Below, in pieces: positions 9,467 to 14,896 of a stretch of 14,896 nucleotides of DNA. Under the pieces are notes generated by a model. That model saw nothing but the letters and a program-made list of their open reading frames with translations. It ran no database searches and was not told the DNA's origin. The DNA lies in NCBI GenBank assembly GCA_051294375.1, contig JBJCIZ010000651.1:1-14896 (forward strand), in the 5' to 3' direction. Positions within the stretch are counted from its first letter, which is position 1, and the number at the start of each line of letters is the position of its first letter. The translations under genes were made by a program, and so were the position numbers. Source of the DNA: Paraspadella gotoi (taxonomy: Eukaryota > Animalia > Chaetognatha).

Positions 9467-11394
9467 GTGGAATTGTGTCTGGCGTCTCTATTCGTTTCAG
9501 TTTTCACTCTGTCCACTCGTTCGATGTAGACCTTCACTGTTTTGATAACTTTGGCAAGACTTAACTACGTTGTTTTGCAATAGTGTTCGCTTTTTTGCAT
9601 AATTTATTGCATATTTTGCAACATCTTTTTTACAAAGGCTCTTCGTTTCTCATTTATCGTGCCCAGTTTTTTCCAGGTGTAGGATTTCCTTTACTATTTC
9701 TAGTGCTATATCTTTTCTTTCATTTTCCTTGAGTGGATTGAAAAGTCTGTGGAGGCGCACTGCTGCTGTTTTTCCAGTAAATTTCAGTGCTGCTTTTGCG
9801 CATTCTTTTAAATACGTTTGGTTTTTGCCCTGATGGCATTTTCTTGGGCCATTTGTTTTATTTCGATCTGCGGCGTGCTGCGCTAACTTTGCCGCTTTCA
9901 TCCTTTCCTGGGATGTACCTCTGCCTATTTCTGTTTCTGTCGATATATTTTCTCTGTACTTTTCATGAAATTTTAATTTCGTTTATCAGAGTAAACATTT
10001 CATGCGTCATCAACAACAAGGAAATCTCTACGTCTGGAATCGAATTGTTTCTCGGTCTTCCCCTGTAGGATCTGTCTCCCCAGCGGCCTTCGTTCCTTTC
10101 TTCGCGGCGTTCCCGGCATCATTTCTGGCGCGGTAGTCGCGGTTTGGCTTTTTCTCGCCATTTCTCGGTCGTCCTTTCTCTTCGTCCTTCTTTTCCTTCA
10201 TCAGGGTGGCCATGTCCTTGGTGAGCTTTTCCAGCAATTCTCGGGAATTATTCGTTCTTGTAGCATGGCCCCTGGTAGAGGGCGCTGGCGCTTTCTGCTG
10301 GGTTCTTATCTTTAATCCTTTCTGCAGGAGGGAGTCGGTGAGGACTTGACGGTCATTATCCTTGACGGAGTTGATGAAGCGTCCTTCCTTTTGCTTGTTG
10401 TCCGTTGGTCACAAGCCATCCGCGGAGGATCCATTCGATTCGCTTCCCTAGGGCCCTTTTCTCTCCGCTTTCGATGTAGGAGCGGAAGTCCATTGCTTCT
10501 TGTGCCGATTCCTGGAGCGTAGGGTGTCAAGGCCTTCGTTAGCAGACGTGCGGTGTGCCTTGGGACTGCGCCTCGTTCTTTCCGGTGCGACACGTCGAAC
10601 CTGCGGATATACCTCGTGTATCCAGGGCGAGGCCGTGCTCCGCATGTACTTCCGGTTCGACTTTTACTTCGATGCGATCCGCCACCTCCGAAGCCGAGAT
10701 TGATGTTGATCGAAGATGTCGCATAGTCCTCTGTAGAGACTACCGCCTATCGGGTCAATGAAGCAGCTGACCTCGTAGTCTCTGGTGAGTAAGGCTTGGA
10801 GTTGTTCGTCCACGTTGTTTACGTCGACCCTGCATCCTGCAGGGACTGATAGATCCCTCGGAGGAAATCCTGGGGTTCTTCGTCGGCTCGTCGTTTCTCT
10901 ATCTTTATCGTGCTGATCTGGGCGTGGCTTCCGCTGCGGACTGGGGCCTTTTCTCGCGGGGGGGGTCGCGGCTATCGTCAACGTATGGTTTCGCGGCTGT
11001 AGTCACGTCTCCTCTGAATGTCCCGATGTCGCGGTTCGTTCTCCAGCGGCTTCCGTCGTCCCGTCGGTCGTCGTCGTCCCGTCGCTCCGCAACAAGCTCA
11101 TTATTTCTGCTATGTTGCTGTTCGTCTGTTCACCGTGTCTTTATATTTTTTCCAACGGTGTTATGCAACTGTCCTAATTTTTCAGATAAATTCATGTTTC
11201 CACCTTGTTTATCGTTTACTAGGCGGAGCATTTCTCTGAACGCCATTGAGTGATCTCCGCCTCTTCCAGCTGCGCAGTTTCGTAGGTTTTCGTTGAGTCC
11301 AGTTGGTGTAGTCGCCCTCCGTGAGGAGATTTCAACGCAGTCTCCGACAGCGTTCGTTTGTCGTTACTGTCAATCTTGCTGAGATCCGGATGTT
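9467..11394 (-). mobile_element. gag: second, inverted copy of the gag region (homologous to 7809-9466, extending ~257 bp further downstream), heavily frameshifted
   Basis: The reverse complement of 9724-11393 aligns with 7809-9466 (shared peptides ETALKSPHGGRLHQLD, GCRVDVNNVDEQLQAL, RIEVKVEPEVHAEHGLAL, MKAAKLAQHAAD, LKECAKAALKFTGKTAAVRLHRLFNPLKE). 9723-9467 continues the minus-strand protein (NERKDIALEIVKEILHLEK...KVIKTVKVYIERVDRVKTETNRDARHNS). Confidence 0.93.
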
Positions 11395-11419
11395 NNNNNN
11401 NNNNNNNNNNNNNNNNNNN
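11395..11419. other. assembly gap of 25 N (other gaps: 11816-12195, 13348-13824, 14056-14065)
   Basis: N runs seen directly. This gap separates indel-rich sequence on the left from frame-intact contigs on the right. Confidence 0.98.
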
Positions 11420-11421
11420 AC

Positions 11422-11815
11422 GCATTGCCAGCAGAAAGACCACCGACACCGGAACAAAAAGAAAGGTCACGATTGAATCGCATAAGGCCGCGAGCAGCCA
11501 CCCTGAGCACAAGATGCAGGAAAGCGATCTATAACCCGACCTATTCCATAGTTGGTGATGCAAAAGGCGAATCCCTACACCAGGCTACAATAAGGAAAGC
11601 AGAGATAAAGTGTCACGAACCAGAGGTTTTCATCCGAGAAATAATAACCCCAGAAGATACAAAAGGTGAAATGGAACCCCCCCCCTTACCAATGAATCAG
11701 CCGCAAACCCATCCGCCCCACCCACAAAACGACCCGCCACCCAGGGATGACACGAAGAGAAAGATCAACTTCAATAGCAACAGCTACATCCCAGCAGTAG
11801 TAGGAGGAGCCCCAG
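11422..11815 (+). CDS. pol: Gag/Pol fragment: Pro-rich linker and probable N-terminus of the aspartic protease
   Basis: Open across the whole contig between two N gaps. It ends in SYIPAVVGGAP, resembling the beta-strands that precede LxDTG in retropepsins. The catalytic motif would fall in the 11816-12195 gap. Confidence 0.55.
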
Positions 11816-12197
11816 NNNNNNNNNNNNNNNNNNNNNNNNNNNNNNNNNNNNNNNNNNNNNNNNNNNNNNNNNNNNNNNNNNNNNNNNNNNNNNNNNNNNN
11901 NNNNNNNNNNNNNNNNNNNNNNNNNNNNNNNNNNNNNNNNNNNNNNNNNNNNNNNNNNNNNNNNNNNNNNNNNNNNNNNNNNNNNNNNNNNNNNNNNNNN
12001 NNNNNNNNNNNNNNNNNNNNNNNNNNNNNNNNNNNNNNNNNNNNNNNNNNNNNNNNNNNNNNNNNNNNNNNNNNNNNNNNNNNNNNNNNNNNNNNNNNNN
12101 NNNNNNNNNNNNNNNNNNNNNNNNNNNNNNNNNNNNNNNNNNNNNNNNNNNNNNNNNNNNNNNNNNNNNNNNNNNNNNNNNNNNNNNNNNNNNNNAC

Positions 12198-13347
12198 AGG
12201 GATGTGATAATCGGAACAGCCACAACCGACCCAGGACCAGCAAATGAAATGTGGATCGTCTCCCCAGCCGAAAAGCAAGGTCTACAAGTAGCACACATGG
12301 CGGGGAAACCAGTTACGCACCTCTTCAAGGACAAACAGTCAGCCCTAAAAGCGGCAAGATGGCTCGCCAGAAGATGTGTTGACGAAAAAACACAGGTACC
12401 GCTCTATGCAGAAAAGAACGAGGCGGGAAATCTCGTAGTAAGAGCAGCCAGGGTTTACTGGAAGTCGCTCGCTGAGGCAAAGTGGATCCTACAATCCCGG
12501 GACGGAGAAACAGCTTGCACAGTATCAGGCGAGCACCTGAAACAAGGGGTGGAACTACCAGGCAAACCCGGCGAATGGGGAGAAGCAAATTTAATCGTCA
12601 CGGAAGAAGCAAAAAAGGATTTAAACCTGGACCCAGACTGTATCGCGAGACCAGTCCAGGCAGACTTAACGGGGGAAAGACCGAAATTACGACGGGTGCG
12701 AAAAGAAAACATACCGCCAACAAAAATTATAAAACACACGCCGTCAGAAGCAGAATTAGAGGCGGTAGAAGAAGCGAGAAAAAGGAGGCGCCAGAAACAT
12801 GACGACAGAGGAAAAGACGAATTCCTACGCCCTTTTAAAGAGATCGACCCATCTCTCATTGACAAGGCTCCCATAGTTTGGGAAACAGTCTGGGAATTCA
12901 GAGACGTCTTTGGGGAATCAATAAACGACTGCAAGGAGGGCTTCCTAAACTATAGAGTCGACCTCGGGTACACCACTGAAGGCTTACCAAAACCAAGATT
13001 CGTAAATCAAGGCCCAGTGAAGAAGGCAGCCCTCAAAAGATACCTTGAAGTCTACGAAAAAGCTGGAGTCGTTTCCAGAACATCTGGAGAAGCTTACTCG
13101 AATGCTTTCTTAATAAAGAAACCGAATCACATCGCCAACGGCCAAGACCAAATGGACGATGAAACATTCGCGAAACAATGGAGGCTAATCTGCGACTTAT
13201 CAGCTGTAAATGATAACATTTCCACCTTCGCAACGGAACCGCAGACAATTGCCTCAATCTTAGAGGAATACAAACCTCACGAACTACAATGTTCAGTCGA
13301 TATCCTAGCGTGTTTCCATCAGGTCAACCTGGCAGACAAATGCAAAC
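12198..13347 (+). CDS. pol: Pol fragment: protease C-terminus, ~200 aa spacer, N-terminal half of reverse transcriptase
   Basis: Uninterrupted frame. RDVIIG at the start (retropepsin ILG motif). Pre-RT EFRDVF and YEKAGVV. RT motifs YSNAFLIKK (13095-13121), WRLICDLSAVN (13179-) and SVDILACFHQV with the first catalytic Asp at 13299. The YxDD motif would lie in the gap. Confidence 0.92.
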
Positions 13348-13824
13348 NNNNNNNNNNNNNNNNNNNNNNNNNNNNNNNNNNNNNNNNNNNNNNNNNNNNN
13401 NNNNNNNNNNNNNNNNNNNNNNNNNNNNNNNNNNNNNNNNNNNNNNNNNNNNNNNNNNNNNNNNNNNNNNNNNNNNNNNNNNNNNNNNNNNNNNNNNNNN
13501 NNNNNNNNNNNNNNNNNNNNNNNNNNNNNNNNNNNNNNNNNNNNNNNNNNNNNNNNNNNNNNNNNNNNNNNNNNNNNNNNNNNNNNNNNNNNNNNNNNNN
13601 NNNNNNNNNNNNNNNNNNNNNNNNNNNNNNNNNNNNNNNNNNNNNNNNNNNNNNNNNNNNNNNNNNNNNNNNNNNNNNNNNNNNNNNNNNNNNNNNNNNN
13701 NNNNNNNNNNNNNNNNNNNNNNNNNNNNNNNNNNNNNNNNNNNNNNNNNNNNNNNNNNNNNNNNNNNNNNNNNNNNNNNNNNNNNNNNNNNNNNNNNNNN
13801 NNNNNNNNNNNNNNNNNNNNNNNN

Positions 13825-14055
13825 GGATCGTCTCCCCAGCCGAAAAGCAAGGTCTACAAGTAGCACACATGGCGGGGAAACCAGTTACGCACCTCTTCAA
13901 GGACAAACAGTCAGCCCTAAAAGCGGCAAGATGGCTCGCCAGAAGATGTGTTGACGAAAAAACACAGGTACCGCTCTATGCAGAAAAGAACGAGGCGGGA
14001 AATCTCGTAGTAAGAGCAGCCAGGGTTTACTGGAAGTCGCTCGCTGAGGCAAAGT
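13825..14055 (+). repeat. exact 231 bp duplicate of 12253-12483 between two N gaps (probable scaffolding artefact)
   Basis: Identical by eye from GGATCGTCTCCCCAGCC to GCTGAGGCAAAGT. It is flanked by gaps 13348-13824 and 14056-14065 and sits where the RT palm/thumb should be. Confidence 0.9.
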
Positions 14056-14067
14056 NNNNNNNNNNAA

Positions 14068-14895
14068 AGCAGCTTTAAGTTCGAAGGAAAGCACCGCGAG
14101 GCCTTAGAAACCCTAGTCAGCGAAATCAAAAACACTCCAGGACTAAATTTTTTAAATGACGCAAAAATAAAGAACGGAGAATACCGCATATACGCCGACG
14201 CCAGCACCAGCGCGATGGGAGGACTTATAACGGCAACAGCAAATGGCGTAGAATATCCGTTAAGCTTCCACTCCAAATCATTTCCTGACGAATATAAGAT
14301 CAAACACATAAACATACTCGAAACATTAGCTTTCAACATGATGATCAGAAAGTTCAAAGGTTACATCTGCGGCAGACGAGTAAAATTAATAACCGATTCG
14401 CAATACTTCAAAAGAGTAATGGACCTTCAACACGACCGACAACAATTACTCCCAACCAACGTCCTGCGATGGATAACCGAAATAAGGCAAGAATGTCACC
14501 CGAACGAAGTGGTACTCGTAAAGAGCGAAGACAACCCGGCTGACTTCCTCACGAGATTCACCGAACAAGGCCAGATAACCCCGCTGGACACACCCTTCAT
14601 GCCCGCTGGCTTCAACATCGAAGGCGCGTACGAACCTGGTTACAGCGAGGACCCGATAAGCGGCGGCGCATGGCCGGGCCACTTAGAACTAAGAGTTGGA
14701 GGAGCACCGACACTTAGCGTTGTCGCCGCCACCCTGAAAATAGACGAAAAACTTTTCCGAACAACCTTTTTCAACTTTGTGAGGAAAGAATTCGAAAAGA
14801 AAAAGAAAAACATAAAGAAACTCTATGGGGAACCAAAAACAAAAGACGCTGACACCTTCATAAGATGCATCTCGGCAAAAGATTGGATGCTCGGA
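14068..14895 (+). CDS. pol: Pol fragment: RT connection + RNase H + downstream region (absent from the ORF track; open to window end)
   Basis: Manual translation gives 276 codons without a stop: SFKFEGKHREALETLVSEIKNTPGL...YRIYADASTSAMGGLI (D 14197)...YPLSFHSKSF...KHINILETLAF (E 14320)...VKLITDSQ (D 14395)...VLRWITEI...EDNPADFLTR (D 14542). This is the D-E-D-D set of LTR-retroelement RNase H. Confidence 0.93.
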
Positions 14896-14896
14896 C

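Larger units (their letters stand above)
6940..14896 (+). mobile_element. divergent Ty3/Gypsy-like LTR retrotransposon (gag + PR-RT-RNase H), fragmented by assembly gaps and running off the right edge
   Basis: Sharp shift to higher-GC, A-rich + strand coding-like sequence. A gag-like ORF is followed by retropepsin-flanking motifs, RT motifs and an RNase H with all four acidic catalytic positions, in the PR-RT-RH order of Metaviridae. The left boundary is approximate. No integrase or 3' LTR is visible within the window. Confidence 0.85.

Noticed and set aside
9467-9564. C-terminus of track ORF 8935-9564 (SGIVSGVSIRFSFHSVHSF...)
   Set aside because: Read-through into the antisense strand of the inverted copy after the 9466 junction.
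9724-11393. Missed-adapter palindromic read, or DIRS-type inverted terminal repeats
   Set aside because: The arms differ by many synonymous substitutions, so they are not the same molecule read twice. They consist of internal gag coding sequence, not element termini.
13825-14055. Direct repeat as LTR or genuine domain duplication
   Set aside because: An exact copy of internal pol sequence bounded by Ns on both sides, most simply a misplaced contig.
11219-14357. Track ORFs spanning N runs and minus-strand ORFs over pol (including the 624 aa call as one protein)
   Set aside because: Their lengths are inflated by X codons. Frames across estimated gaps are meaningless, and the antisense ORFs are shadows of the pol frame.

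Overview
Eukaryotic, repeat-rich scaffold segment with no recognisable host gene. 1-~5040 is an AT-rich satellite of about 9.3 x ~540 bp monomers. Each monomer holds ~7 degenerate ~45-50 bp subrepeats, and the monomers alternate between two variants. ~5040-6800 is a transition zone: a (TAAT)n block, one diverged terminal monomer, a GC-rich hairpin, (CT)n tracts and a ~23 bp minisatellite. From ~6940 to the window end lies a divergent Ty3/Gypsy-like LTR retroelement on the + strand. It has a candidate LTR/leader, a long gag-like ORF (PSAP motif, coiled coil, MHR-like motif, Arg/Gly-rich segment, no CCHC seen) and pol fragments in PR-RT-RNase H order split by N gaps. A second, mostly synonymously diverged copy of the gag region is fused to the first in inverted orientation (9467-11394). 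The part left of the 25-N gap carries many small indels typical of noisy long reads, and 13825-14055 is an exact misplaced duplicate, so several structural features need read-level confirmation.
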